A DNA stretch of 62,672 bases, filler included, from Sanchytrium tribonematis (lineage: Eukaryota), in the NCBI GenBank assembly GCA_018985235.1. It is 12 parts of 12 records of this genome, joined end to end, with 100 filler letters (N's around TTAATTAATTAA, not from the genome) between each part and the next. Parts side by side here need not be neighbours in the genome. Positions count along the whole stretch, not along the records: positions 1 to 22,457 come from JADGIG010000082.1; positions 22,558 to 26,139 come from JADGIG010000839.1; 10 more parts are not named here. One strand, 5' to 3'. The translations under genes and the position numbers were made by a program. Positions 12,403 to 26,239 of this stretch are shown here, in pieces; position 1 is the stretch's first letter, and each line of letters begins with the position of its first letter. Under the pieces are notes generated by a model. It saw nothing but the letters and a program-made list of their open reading frames with translations. It was not told the DNA's origin and searched no databases.

Positions 12403-13449
12403 CGATTGTCAATCTACCTAAGCTAATACTCAATAAATAACCAAAAAAAGTCGCAATTTGTGATTGATTCAGCAAATTACAGAACCATTTGAGTGTTAAT
12501 TCTTATAAATCACACCAGTGCTACAAACTGTTAACTTAGTGGATTCTTTTAGTCTATTAAAAAAGAAATATAAGCGATGACCCATTGTACATGATTGGAA
12601 AGAACAAAATTTTAGTATATTATATATTCAATCTGGCTATTACCACATTTCATTATACCCTGGTTCAATTAATTTACAGGTTTTTGTCTTCGATTTGAAA
12701 CTTTCCAATTTAAACGACCACCAATTGGAATTTCAACAATTTTCTGCCAGAGAATTATAAAATGGTAATTTTCTACTTTATTTAAAGACAAAATAGTCAT
12801 TTCAAATTCGAGAACATCTTATTTAACCGTACTAAGAAGAGTATGATAGTTAGAATATTCGCACATGTCAAGTCACATTGCGACTTTGATACAATGATAA
12901 GCAATTGAAATAAAAAATTTAATAAATACTTTTTCCTCACACAACGAGAATGGGGAACAATGTCTCTACAAATCGAAATACCAATATTGACCATATTATC
13001 ACCCCATGCATATCTCACATTAGATAAATTGCGTGAAATTACGTATCTTTTGTTCCAAAATTATTATATCACCTTAATCGACTGTATGAATTGAAAAAAT
13101 GGATTAAAATTTCCATTCAAAATCAAGATGTTATTAAAAATGTGCTGGGGAGATCAAAAATGGCGTTGGAGTTCAGTCTCCCAGCTCATAATCATGATTT
13201 ACAAGACTCCAATATTATAAGACGGTTTAAAGATCGAGTATCATAATTATGATCACATTATAATACTAAAGTGAGGTTATAACACGCCCCTACAAATACA
13301 TCAGATTATTCGCAATCATTTAAAGTTCGTGTTGGCTTGAAACTAATCAGTAATATTTGCCCCAATTTATACGATTTATAAATATCTTGAATTCATTAGA
13401 CGAGGAAAAAGTGGAGTATATTTTTAATAATAATACAAGGAGTCTTCAT

Positions 13450-16400
13450 GTCTGAAGAGAAGCAGCAGAATAATGGCAACATTGAATGAAGCCAGGCGCA
13501 AACAATGCAATAACACCAGAACTAGATCCGACAAGCCATAATACACCGGAAAAGCGTTTAAAAAGTGAAATCGGAAAAATAAATGAAAACTCGACTTGTA
13601 ATGATCAAATGCAAGTCGATTTGACATCAAAAGTATCCGTGTTTCCCCTTAAACCAAAAGCTGTTTCAGCAGGAAATTTGATTAATAGATGTTTGAATCC
13701 TTTAAAAGGAGCCAAAAGTGCATACGATCTTTTGTTTAAAAAGCATGTTTCGACCCTATATTGCCCACTACATACTGCAAATCAGCCCCATATAATCTTG
13801 GTGTCTCTCATTGGACGGACAATTATTCATTTTGGATGTACTGGACTTGAATGGAAGCATCAGACAACCAGCAAAGCGCAAAAAACACGAAATATCACTA
13901 GATTCCATCAAATCACAATTAGTCCAAAATTGGTTCAGATCTGCAAAGCAAGAAGAACTGGGCAAGAAATTTTTTATTTTTAATCAAATTCTTGATTCAT
14001 TATTTATAGAAGCCAATGGCACACAATTCAAAATGCATATGAATGTATTTCGACCTTGTAAAGAATTTGAGATTTTTGAGTTTTGTGATTTACTTTCATT
14101 CATATTGGTCATTCCAATTGTCCCAGATGATTGGAGCAGCTATTCTGACCCCTTTAAACTAGCACTGATTGGCAATAGAGAAATTGTCAAGTCAGTTAAC
14201 TCTAAATTACTTTTATTTGCTAATCCAAAAAAGTAGAGTATCAGTTTATCAAAGGAGCCATTGCATTACATCCTGTTTTTGTAACCAGTTTAAAGATGCC
14301 ACAACACCCTTCTACTAAAGAGCAGTATGTTACAATGTATTATGAGCATGATGAAAATGATAAAAGAATTTGAGGGGAAGTTACAGTATTTTATTGAGTA
14401 TTTGAGAGATTTTGGAGAGTTGATACCTATTGATACTTTCCGAATTCATGATTGGATTAAAATGTGTGGCGTATTTGTATTCACTAGACTCTTTGATTTG
14501 CAACAAGAACAGCTTTCATTGGATGCTGCTGAAGTGGTGGATGTGAACCACCCATATCACATTGCAATGTTCAGTTTCTTTGAAAAGGAAGTTCAATTCA
14601 TCGAATCATTTGGCCTCATTTGATAGAGATTACAATGCTGTGAAATCTAAAATTCAAACTAAGAGATTGCAAATTGCACGTGATACTAGCCAATTAGATG
14701 ACAAGGGAAAGTTGACAACATCTAACTCATTTGCAACAGACACACCAAAATTGGTGCGTAACACTGTAAATGTCTCAGTGGTAATTTCCATCACATGCCT
14801 CAATCATGGTGATGGGGAATGCTATGAATCTACAAGCAAAGTACCACGAGTGAGACAGTCATCTGCTGCCAAAGATGTCATTCAAGCAATTATTCCAAAC
14901 TATTTTGAAAATCCTCAGGTTTTATCAATTAGATTGTGTGGCACAACGAATGGACGCAAGATGATTCAAAATTCAGATTAAATTGAGTCATTTATTGCAT
15001 TCGGAAATGAAATTGACGTGACAAGCAAGAGGAATTTTTATAAATTATGCTCAACATCGAATCTCATGGGGAATGAGACTTCTATTGCCCAATACTGTTA
15101 TTGATGAATTGTGTAATACCATCGCAATAGATCACAGAGGATTTGGAGGTGCCAGAATGCCTAGAGCGACACAACCACGAAATTTTGATTTGGCCACTCA
15201 AGTGACTTCAGTCGGAGATTTGAGATTTTGCGCGTATAATTTGAATGGAATACAGTCCAAAGAGGCCTATATATTGTATTTACCATTCTGGGTGCAATCA
15301 ACAAGGAAACTCGGGAATTGCACTTGCAATCAACCCGATTAAGCATAATAATGAGTTCTTTAATGTGACTAGTTCCAGATCAAATGTAAATCGGGTACAT
15401 GATCTTGCAATTCTGGATTTGGGTTTCACAAAAATAATGGGATTCTATATCCCCAGTTCAGTGACTGACAAGAAACAGCGCTGGCTAGAATTTAAGGGCA
15501 ATTGCGGGCCCCAATACACTGATGATAGGCGACGCGAATATGGACATGACAAATAATTCAGCTAGTGGTAGAGGATTTGTGGAGTTTCTCAAAAACGAAA
15601 ATTATGAAGCATTTATTCCCAATAACACCCACTTTACTTTCATATCATATGATTTGCAAAGATCTAGTCTTGTTGACTTTGCCATTTTGCCAGAAAATTA
15701 CATTTACAATTACAAGTTGAAGCCCTCCCAGAAACAGTCTCTGACCATCTTCCAATTCTGGTTTGTTTACACACGGAATCTATTTCATTGCCTCTCTCTG
15801 TTCCTAAAGAATCTAAAATTAAATTATACAAGTTTAAAGAATCCAGAAAAACACATGTTACGAATGAAACATATTTCCCAAAACAGGACGAATATCGATC
15901 TGTGACTGGTGCCAGATTACGTCAATTATCCCCAGAATTTCGTTCTTTGTTGGACTTGGATGACATCCCATCTGCCACTGCTCTTCTATTTAACACCATT
16001 AGGGATGTAGCAATAGAGATTGTTGGTGAAATATGCCCAAAACAATTTTTTGTTCCACAACACTTAATAGAATTGTCTCTTGCATATGGTCAAAATCTAA
16101 CTAATGAGGATTTGCTACTTGAATACAATCGCTACAACACTAATAGATCGATTTGCTTCCAAAATGTGCGAAGATTCAGAGATAATTTATCTCGCACAGA
16201 ATTACTGAAAATTGTCAATTATTCCAAAAAGAAGCGATTTAGAACCCCAATGCTACTAAATATCAATGATATCGAGCCTTTGACAGATCAGGTACAAAAA
16301 AGATGGCATTTGGTAGAGGATGAAAATTTGCGAGATGTATCCAATGTATTTATTGATGATAATGATTCTTAGGAGCCATTTTCCTTGGGTGAATTGATTT

Positions 16401-18110
16401 CCGCAATTAGGTCAATGCCAAATTGCAAATCTGAGGGATTTGATCGATTTGCAGTGGAGTTATTAAAGTATTGTGATGAATATGTTCATGATTTGATTTT
16501 GGCATTAATCAACAAAATGCGTAAAATTGCCATTTATCCACAACAATTTAATGTAAATATCGTATGTCCTATTTCCAAAGGTCTGAATAGTGTAGAAATA
16601 ATACAATATCGATTTATTGGGTTATTCACAAACTTTAAAAAAATCATCGAGAAAATCCTCAAAGAGAGGTATTTTTATCACGTTTTACAAACATCTGATG
16701 CTCAGTATGGTATGAAAAAGAGAATGGGGCGCGATGATTTAGCAACTGATTTGCAAATCTATTTAGAAACAGTGCCAAAAAAGGAGAAAAATTGCAAAAA
16801 AATGCAAAAATATGATTTTGCCAAAGCATTTGATCGCACCAGTCATAGAGCAACCTGTGAGATGCTGCAACTACTCATCCCCAATAAGTACGATAGAAGA
16901 TTAATGATAAATAGGGTGATTAATCAAATGGTGGTTGTCAGAATTGGTCCTGTTTATTCTACCCCTCGTAGTTTGCAAACTGGTCTTTATCAGGGATCTG
17001 TATTATCGGCATTGTACTTTGTGAAGTTGCTGGATATGAAAACAGCTAATAGACGTACATCAACCCGTTTTATTGGATATTTTGTGGATGATTTATTAGA
17101 ACATGATTATATTGCAAATGAAGACCAGAATATTGATAAATTGATTGGACTAGTTGCTCCTTTATGATTAACACTTAACTTGAATAAGTCTAGACCTATT
17201 GATGATCATGATGACTCATATGTTGGCTATTTCATCACTATAAGTGGTTTCAGCGTTGTTGAGCAAATTAATAGAAATTTCGCAGAAGCAAAAATAAGAT
17301 TAAGATCTTTGAGATTTGCAGGCGTGTTTAAACGGGCACTAGGCCTATTTGGATTACCAGCGGTCTTTCAGAGCATGATTATAAGTATTGTTGAGAAATC
17401 AATCAAAATATTTGAACCAACCAATGATCAGTGTAAATTGGTTAATAAGTTTATTAGGATTAGTATAAGGAGTTTAACTAGATGTGCACGTGGAACTAAC
17501 CTAGGTGACCTGTATAACATGTGCCAATTTTGTGGTTTTAAAGTAAGATGGTCAGAATAGTACATTCGACATTTCAATAGATCCACCCAGCGACTGGACA
17601 GAAACAGGTCATATGGTGCATATTTTAATTGCAGAAATAAGTCATATTTCACATTTAACATGAACAGTCTTTCAGTGACAAGTTCTACCAGATCTAAGTG
17701 TGGTATAATTGTTGCGACTGCCAATTTATCAGCAAATAATGGTAAGAAAGTATATATTTTGACAGATAGCAAAGGGGCAATTAGCCATTTTAATCGATTT
17801 TCAAATAAGGAATACTGCAGCAAAACCAAGAATATAGACATATTATTACAACTTCAAAATACAGATATAAATATTAGATGGGTCAAAAGACACACAAATA
17901 GTGATGTCAACCAAGTTAATATTGGAAATATTATTGCAGATCTGTGCGCCAAATTGCACATGAGATCCACCAAAAATACCGCTAAATATGAACAAACATC
18001 CCCTTCATGCTCATTATAGAGATCATTACAAGGAAACCACGACAAATTAATATATTCATAAATTAATGAAAAATGTGGGAAACATGAATCCATTGGCAAT
18101 CAGCAGGATT
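13450..18110 (+). mobile_element. Degenerate LINE (ORF1-like region, APE, RT, RNase H)
   Basis: APE AYNLNG, IGDAN, LVDFAI, SDHLPI; RT KSEGFD, YDFAKAFD, GLYQGSVLS, YFVDDL; RNase H ILTDS..WVKRH..GNIIADL; many stops and frameshifts; 5' limit uncertain. Confidence 0.88.
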
Positions 18111-18599
18111 AATAGAACATTTCATGAATTGCTGTGCAAACAAGTTGAGAGAAGTAGGAATAATCCATAGTGCACTTCAATAAATAAATTCGTAGTAAAT
18201 AAAATACTTGACCAACTTGTGGCAGAACAGAGAAAGGTGGGTCTACTCTGTGTATTCAAGATTCGTTTATTTCCTTAGCATTGTCAGCAGTCAAATGAGA
18301 GTACAAATAGAGTTTATAAAATGTAGACAAATAAAAACAAATACCATTGGAAGAAGCGCGCAAATTACTAATACTGTAAAGTCACAAGTGAATGTATTTT
18401 ATCTCGAAATGAATATGACGGCAAAGTTGGCCTATAAGGTTGAAAATGTTCTAAAAAATCAGCCTCGTTTATCAACTTAAACAAATAGGCAAATTTGAAG
18501 CAGATGTTTGACCTTGAGTTATTAGCCAATCAGGCTCGTCAGCTTTTTCATTAGTTTCTTCATTATTACAACTCAAGAGGTCTACTACAATAGTCAAAC

Positions 18600-19636
18600 T
18601 TATTATTATGATTTTGGTAAAAGAAATCGCTTTTTTTTAAACTTCGCTTCAAACAAGAATACCTTGAAGCCTGCTAGCCTAGAATCAAAAAGAAGTGCTT
18701 TATCGCATTATTATAGAGGCAAAGGATTGGGAAATATTTGTACAAATGACTCAAATGGAAATGTTACTGGAAATTCAACACAACATATTTTGTTGAGTCA
18801 ATTTATTGCAGGATATACTCTTAGATACAATATATTGCATCCTGAGTCTATAGAATGGAGTCATCTACATCCACCATCGGCCAGTTTTTCAACACACAGT
18901 TTCCCAAAAGAAAAATGGGATTTAACTAGATGTAGGCGATGGAATGGTTGGGCAGATGAATGATTAAATTCTGCGTCAGTTGGTGCGAGGTGGCATCGGA
19001 ATCAATGATTGCTTATATGAAACCAAAATAATCTAAACTAAGTGATACCTCTAATTTAAATGCCAATGTGGGAAATATTGAATTAGTAGATACAGTAACA
19101 TCCACATTAGAAACCAAATTGGAGAAATTAGAAAGTCAATTAATGCATCAAGTCGAAAATACACAAACTCAAAATTTGCGAATTAAACAGCTTTTGAGCA
19201 ACAACACTTAATCCACCACATCTGTAAATACAATAAATTACATTAATGCAACAGTTAATGTTGTAAACAATGCCATGGAACAGTTTAATGATCCAAAATA
19301 CAGGACATTTCGAAAAATATCAAATCAATAGTATAATAAGGACACAAATAACGGATTTGTAAAGGGACTTAAGTCTTTTCCACCGTCTGACATGATTATT
19401 GGGGATGGGAAGCAAAATCATGGTATGCAAACTTGAATTTTGAAAGGAAAATGATTGTATACTGCATTGAGAGATTGGGTATGACTCAATTTGAAGCTGA
19501 TTTCAATGATTACCTTAAGCCACGTAAATACACTGCATTGAAGCTGGCGATTCGTAAGAAATATGGTCCAAATCTAAAATCAGAAATAGAAGGAAATGTA
19601 TCGATTTTAAAGACGTTTAGCAGTAATAACCAATAA
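18600..19636 (+). mobile_element. Internally deleted Crypton-like tyrosine-recombinase element relic
   Basis: SKRSALSHYY N-terminal helix; FSTHSF/KWDLTRCRRWNGWA catalytic-end remnant lacking RRGGA; coiled coil; C-terminal ERKMI..F...F..YTALKLAIRKK. Confidence 0.55.
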
Positions 19637-20646
19637 ATAGTTAATATAGTGTCATTTTAATTACTCTAATATACGCCTTGTTGATGTTAAAGAAGTAATC
19701 AATTTCAAGGGACTTTCGTCAAGTGTTTCAAGAAAATTGTTACCAATAAAAAGGTTTCTTTAATCACTTTTTTCAGGTACTTGTATGATGAACAAACAAC
19801 ATTCAAATACATTGAACTAATCAAATCAACATACCCAATTGCATGAAGAATGATTATGTTAAATGATTTGCTTGACTGAGATTGTGAATTCTTAATTTAT
19901 TTTTATTATTCAATTACCATCTTTGTCAAAATTGCCTCGATTATTTTAGAAAATACATGAGTATCTTTCAAAATATATTTAATTAATTTTACATTGCTTT
20001 AAAATAGAAATGTATAACAATTTAATGCAAGATGTATTAATTTTGGTAATACTATCGGAAGTCGATATGGGGATTCTGGGGTTAACTCAAATTTTGCTAT
20101 TTTGTATTAATGTCAAATATTTATTAAAATATAGTTCCATAGCTTAACTCACAAGATATTCTCCTAATTTTAACTTTTTATTAAAATTTTCTTTTCTATT
20201 TTCGTTTCTTACAAATGCAGTGGTTCAAAAAAAGAACTATATGGGATGGGAAAAAAATAGAAGGTTAGTACCTGAAAATTGAATGACGTAAGCCGAAAAT
20301 TATTATTATTGGTCGAAATGACAATTTTTTTTATGTTATATTATGGTTCGATCTCTAATTACGGCTTACGACGTAATAAGACTCACTCCCTTGTTTATGC
20401 ACAACAACACAATAAACCATTACTTAAGTTTGTGTCAATTTTTGACCAATCAACTTATCAATTTTAAGCCAATTAGATGCCGTAAAACACCCAAAAAAGT
20501 CATTATTAAAGAACTTATAAGCCAATCAAGCGATTGTATTTTAGTAAACTCAATCATAAAGAGATAACATACTTTTTGCTCCTTTAACAATTCATTGGTT
20601 CCTTTTTCATTAAAAGCCACCGCGGTCCGAAATTAGGGAACCTTTA

Positions 20647-21453
20647 ATGATACTGATTAATTTGCCCGAGATTGTAATCTTTAGAATGTTTTCCTATTTA
20701 AATGAAACTGATATTCGCAATTTAGAAAGAGTGTGCAAAAACTTGGAAACAGTTGTTCGAGAATATGCAAAGCCACTAGGTGATATTGAATTGCGATTAA
20801 AATTATTTGTATCAAACTTTTCTGATTTTAGATCTTTACTGATGAAAAATCAGGCTGTTGTAGGTGGGTCTTTGATTTTAGAGACTCTTTTACAAACAAG
20901 AACACTAGAGAAGCCAGTTCTAGAAATTTTTGTCCCTGATAATACTCTTAGTTTTGAAATCTTGAAAGATTTTTTTACAGCTCAAGATAAATATGCTGTA
21001 AAACAAGGTACTGGAGATAACAAAGACTTAAATGACTCTATGAAATTAGTAAGTACAGCAAAATTAAAGCAACAAATTCATATTTATAAATGCAACAAAA
21101 ATCCAAAAGCCTGGATTAGAAAAAACTTTGTTCTATCAACCTATCAAGGTTGGTATGATGGTAATACTTTGAATAATCGTTTTGGTGCGGACATTCAAAA
21201 AAAATATTGCTATTACATTTCTTATTTTGCCTGGCTAGCGTGCGAAAGTACACGAGATTTGATTGAAAAGTACCAAAAAATGGGTTTCACGATTATGATC
21301 AAAAGACTTAATATCTCTATACATTATTTAAAAAACTTATATTTAGTTGGTTTTATTAAAGAATTGCCATATAAACATGAAAAAAAAATTGATTTTGTCG
21401 AGATCTCAAATTTAAAAAGTTGGTGTCACTTTGTTTGTTTACAATTTGAATAA
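20647..21453 (+). CDS. F-box protein with nucleotidyltransferase-like C-terminal domain
   Basis: F-box LINLPEIVIFRMFSYLNETDIRNLERVCK; then FRSLL..AVVGGSLIL..LEIFV and IEKYQKMGF. Confidence 0.75.
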   Translation: MILINLPEIVIFRMFSYLNETDIRNLERVCKNLETVVREYAKPLGDIELRLKLFVSNFSDFRSLLMKNQAVVGGSLILETLLQTRTLEKPVLEIFVPDNTLSFEILKDFFTAQDKYAVKQGTGDNKDLNDSMKLVSTAKLKQQIHIYKCNKNPKAWIRKNFVLSTYQGWYDGNTLNNRFGADIQKKYCYYISYFAWLACESTRDLIEKYQKMGFTIMIKRLNISIHYLKNLYLVGFIKELPYKHEKKIDFVEISNLKSWCHFVCLQFE

Positions 21454-21532
21454 AGTAGTTTCTTGGTAGCATTTTAATCTTAAATGCAACAGACTGGGAT
21501 GAAACTTCGTTCCCATAAAATTATCTCCAAAA

Positions 21533-22457
21533 TTGCAATCCATAAAATTAAGAACAGGTAAATCTAGCGGTGAGGTGTTTACAATAGACGATGAAAAAAC
21601 TTTTGAAAATGCTGGAATGGAAGACTCTGACATCAGAATATTACCAGTTGGTGAAGCAATAAGAAATGGAGTAAAGGAAGTTGTATCCTATACCTTTCAT
21701 GACATAGATGCTCGACTTTTTCCATATTTATATGTGAAAGGGAGACATTTTATTCCAGATAAAATCACTGGTAGAACTATGATACTGCGAAATATGATTT
21801 TTAATCTGGACAGTCGATTTCGTAATTGTAATGATTGGTTATTTTATCATTTTGATTTTATCGAAAAAAGCCGAATTATGGAAAATAACATTCGAACAAC
21901 TAGAAATTCGGACAAAGTATATTCTGTTAAAGATATCCTAAAAGAATCAAAATATGGATTTGGAGACATATTTGATGACGAAAACACCACAACTGTTCCT
22001 GTATCAGTTCGAGGATCTTCTTCGTTTTTCAAGAGAATAAGAATTGGACTTTTTGCAATGACGAAACATTTTGGAACACCTCATCTATTTGTCACTTTTT
22101 CTTGTTCAGAATCAACTTGGCCACCACTAATAGATTATTTAAAAAAGTTTGGTAAGCAACCTGGTTCTAATGAAACTTGGTATACAGCAAATCCTGTTCT
22201 TTCTAACCATTATTGCTATGAAAGACTACAATCTATGCACAAATATATTATTAAGGATGGCTATATGGGCAAAAAAGTTGCCCAATATTTTCAAAGGTTT
22301 GAATTTCAAAAGCGTGGTTCGGTTCATATGCACTTGCTTCTTTGGCTAGATAACTCAAAAGACTATAACGAACTACTTGGAGGAATCAAAGCATTTCAGC
22401 CTAGCTTCCAAGATGATGCTTTGATGCACTTGTTAGTCCGATTTCACCAAAAACATA
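21533..22457 (+). mobile_element. Helitron Rep (HUH endonuclease), partial
   Basis: LFPYLYVKG, DSRFR, RGSSSFF, FGTPHLFVTFSC (motif 1), RFEFQKRGSVHMHLLLW (HUH motif 2); runs into contig end. Confidence 0.92.
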
Positions 22458-22557
22458 NNNNNNNNNNNNNNNNNNNNNNNNNNNNNNNNNNNNNNNNNNN
22501 NTTAATTAATTAANNNNNNNNNNNNNNNNNNNNNNNNNNNNNNNNNNNNNNNNNNNN
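22458..22557. other. Artificial contig spacer
   Basis: N44-TTAATTAATTAA-N44, stops in six frames. Confidence 0.99.
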
Positions 22558-23130
22558 CAATGTTTGCCATTTCTTATCTGGTAATGGAGGGACAATCATG
22601 GTAGATGCAAAATATGTAAATGGTGCTATTTCTCCATTTGTGTACCAATTGGCCCACGCACATACTGTTGTATGTAAAAACATGGCGTGTTTCGGCTCTT
22701 TTTGGTTATAAATAACTCCAAATGCTTGGCATAATTTTATTGGTACTTGAAAATAAGCAAGAGACTTGCACTCATTTGCGGTTAATGTCACGGTAAATGG
22801 TAATTGCTTGCCACATAAATTTCAATATTAATTTATTTACAATGCCATTCCAATACATCCTGGAATATTAGTTTATCTACATACTTTAATTCACCATTTA
22901 TTAAAAATGGTACAAATAAATGGTCTTGATAATCTAATGGAGGTGTTTGCAGTAATGATTTCGATATCCAAAAATCAAAGTCATTCATTTTGATAATGGA
23001 CGCAACTGCATTTGGGAGGGATGATTTGGGAATTAATCTGTCATCATTCAAGACCTGGATGTATTCTGTCGAATTGCAACTAGCTGGCATATGTTTCACG
23101 GTGACATTGGGGCAACTTGACTATTGTCAC

Positions 23131-23597
<467 letters not shown>

Positions 23598-23688
23598 TAA
23601 AATGAGATTTACTCGCAACTATTCGCAATCTTAATTCTCAAAAAGATGTTTGTGATTGATTGGGATCCCCTGAGGAGTTTCCCATGAA

Positions 23689-24747
23689 ATGATTTGGACA
23701 TTACTTTTTGCAATCAGTTTGAATTGCGAAAGACCCATGCCAAATGGTGATGTAGAGAAAATCGAATTCAATAGCAAAAACCATCTATTTCACAATGGCT
23801 ATGAAATCAAGATAAGTGATCGTAAAATCCGATTTGCTCAATTACATCACAAAACATTTTCCATTAGAGTCATCAATGTCTATGGATATACTCAATTCCG
23901 TGTTCAACCGCACAACATGGTTCAAATTTATGAAAAGAAGTTTGTCTTTAAAGGATTGACTTGTAATATGGACATTAATCAATTGGCAGATGATGCTTCA
24001 AATGCACTTTTCATTTGCTCTCATCGCGGCATTAGTTTAGAAGGCAATTTTGGCAACAATTTGGTGAAATATTATGAATTTCATTCATCACATAAAGAGA
24101 ATCCAATCATTTTGGAATTTGGCAATCAAATTTCTACACGAATAGGAAAGAATGACGAGCAACAGTGGCAAGCTGTCATTAATGGCAATGAAGAATCACA
24201 CACTACAATTCAACTGACTAATGATCAGGACAAGTATTCCTTTTTTCATCAAAATGACATTCCTAATGAAGAAACTGAGCAACGATCTATTGTATCCTGT
24301 TATGTTCTCATTATAGGCAAAGCATATCTGATTAAAAGACTCACAATTGAAAGGCCATTCTACACTGATCTCAAGCAAATTCGAGCTGAAATTGGAAATA
24401 TAAATTACGAGGGAGATTTGGATGAATATGGCGATGTATTAGAATTAGGTGGCAATGGCCAATATATATACGCATTTATGGGTCCAGCTATGACTATTTC
24501 AGAGAAATATTTATTAGAAAATGACATTTATATTGTAACAGAAAATGGGAAATATTACAAGATTCCAGAAGATATGTGGACTAATATTAAATTTAAAATT
24601 GGGGATTGGACTATAAATGGAATGGATAAGAATTTGGAGGAAGTACCTTTTATCGAAAACTATAATTACGTAGTACCAATTGATTTGGAATTAGAAGCTG
24701 ACACTACAAAGACTTATGCTCAATTATTGAGAAATTTAAATCAATAA
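23689..24747 (+). CDS. Putative secreted protein of unknown function
   Basis: 352-aa ORF with short signal-like N-terminus MIWTLLFAISLNC. Confidence 0.6.
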   Translation: MIWTLLFAISLNCERPMPNGDVEKIEFNSKNHLFHNGYEIKISDRKIRFAQLHHKTFSIRVINVYGYTQFRVQPHNMVQIYEKKFVFKGLTCNMDINQLADDASNALFICSHRGISLEGNFGNNLVKYYEFHSSHKENPIILEFGNQISTRIGKNDEQQWQAVINGNEESHTTIQLTNDQDKYSFFHQNDIPNEETEQRSIVSCYVLIIGKAYLIKRLTIERPFYTDLKQIRAEIGNINYEGDLDEYGDVLELGGNGQYIYAFMGPAMTISEKYLLENDIYIVTENGKYYKIPEDMWTNIKFKIGDWTINGMDKNLEEVPFIENYNYVVPIDLELEADTTKTYAQLLRNLNQ

Positions 24748-24861
24748 ATAGTAAGTACATTTTTGGTCCAAGTTTGACGAGTCACGATGTCTCACGTGAG
24801 ACGTTATTCACGTGTTTAAAACATCGCATCTTCAAGCCACTCGTAGTTTTTGGACCACTTC

Positions 24862-26139
24862 ATGTCAATTAAACACGCGATATTGACTCTATTTTCTCTA
24901 TTATGGATTCCAATTGCGTATGGCGTATCACCAGATTGTCCATTAATCATTTCATTTGCTAATGGATTGAATATGCATATTCAGAATGTAAATTTGTATA
25001 ATCAATTGAAAACAGATTGTTGCTCAGCGAATTCTGGATTATATTGTGGGGGAAATACGATTTATTCGATTACTTGGAATGGGATGAATTTGGATGGATT
25101 TATGAATATGAGTGCGATTCCATCTAGTGTGAATTTAATCAATTTGGCAGCGAATAAGATACCTGGTAATATTCCAACGAAATGGCCTGTTGGGTTACAA
25201 TATTTGAATTTGGGATCAAATCAGTTGACGGGGACTGTCACAAAATTACCTGATTCTTTGACATTATTACATTTGGATACGAATCAATTGACTGGGAGTG
25301 TGGTATTACCACCTAATATTCAAGAATTTTGGATATTTGGAAATCAAATTACGGGACCTGTGAGTTTTAAAGATTTATCAAAAATCAGTTATTATGGTGA
25401 AAATGGGAATAGAGGGTGTGATTTGAGTACAAATCCAATGTATTACAATCAGACACTGCAGCCATATTGTAAAATGGATCAATTAAAGTCATCAGATTGT
25501 CCAAATGTGATTCAACTTGCATTTGGGTTAAATTTGAATCAGAATATGCCAAACAAATACCAGGAAATTGTAAATAATTGCTGTTACGTGAGTAGTGTTG
25601 GTTCAAAGTATAGCAGTGCGCCATTATTAATCATAGAATGCAGTGGGGATGTCGTGACTGGTATTTTTATGGAAAATCTCAATTTAAATGGATATTTGAA
25701 TGGGACAGCTATTCCAAATAGATTGAGTAGTTTATTACTTGGTAATAATCTCATTACTGGCAGTATTCCATCTCTACCTCCGAATCTAGTCCAATTGAGT
25801 CTGTCTAAAAATCCAATGAAATCCGTGCTTCCCCCTTTGCCAGCTTCATTGCAGCTCATTCATTTAAATAATTGCCCCAATTTATATGGATCTGTTGTCA
25901 TTAGTGGTACTCCAAATGATGTTCAATTAGAATCTAGCTATTTCACATCCATTTCCATCTCAAATCCATCCCAATTATCAACTTCAAGCTGTGATATCTC
26001 AAATAACCCATTGATACCCTCACAAGTCTCTTATTTGGCAAACAAGTGCACTATCAGCAATATTTACTCTCCAGATTGTCCAATCTTGACTAAAATGACT
26101 GAAAAGATTCAAAATGCAAATGTCCTTCAAATCTCAAAT
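24862..26139 (+). CDS. Secreted/surface leucine-rich-repeat protein, 3' partial
   Basis: Signal peptide; repeated modules of Cys cap (DCPxxIxxAxGLN..CC..C) plus LxxLxLxxNxLxGx repeats. Confidence 0.85.
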
Positions 26140-26239
26140 NNNNNNNNNNNNNNNNNNNNNNNNNNNNNNNNNNNNNNNNNNNNTTAATTAATTAANNNNN
26201 NNNNNNNNNNNNNNNNNNNNNNNNNNNNNNNNNNNNNNN
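26140..26239. other. Artificial contig spacer
   Basis: N44-TTAATTAATTAA-N44. Confidence 0.99.

Noticed and set aside
12600..13100. Possible decayed coding sequence on the minus strand
   Set aside because: Too fragmented to assign
22502..22513. TTAATTAATTAA as a biological repeat, and ORFs ending in X...LIN
   Set aside because: Synthetic six-frame-stop linker flanked by Ns
22558..23099. Two short minus-strand ORFs upstream of H4
   Set aside because: Non-ATG starts, no micro-intron that joins them, no family I can support
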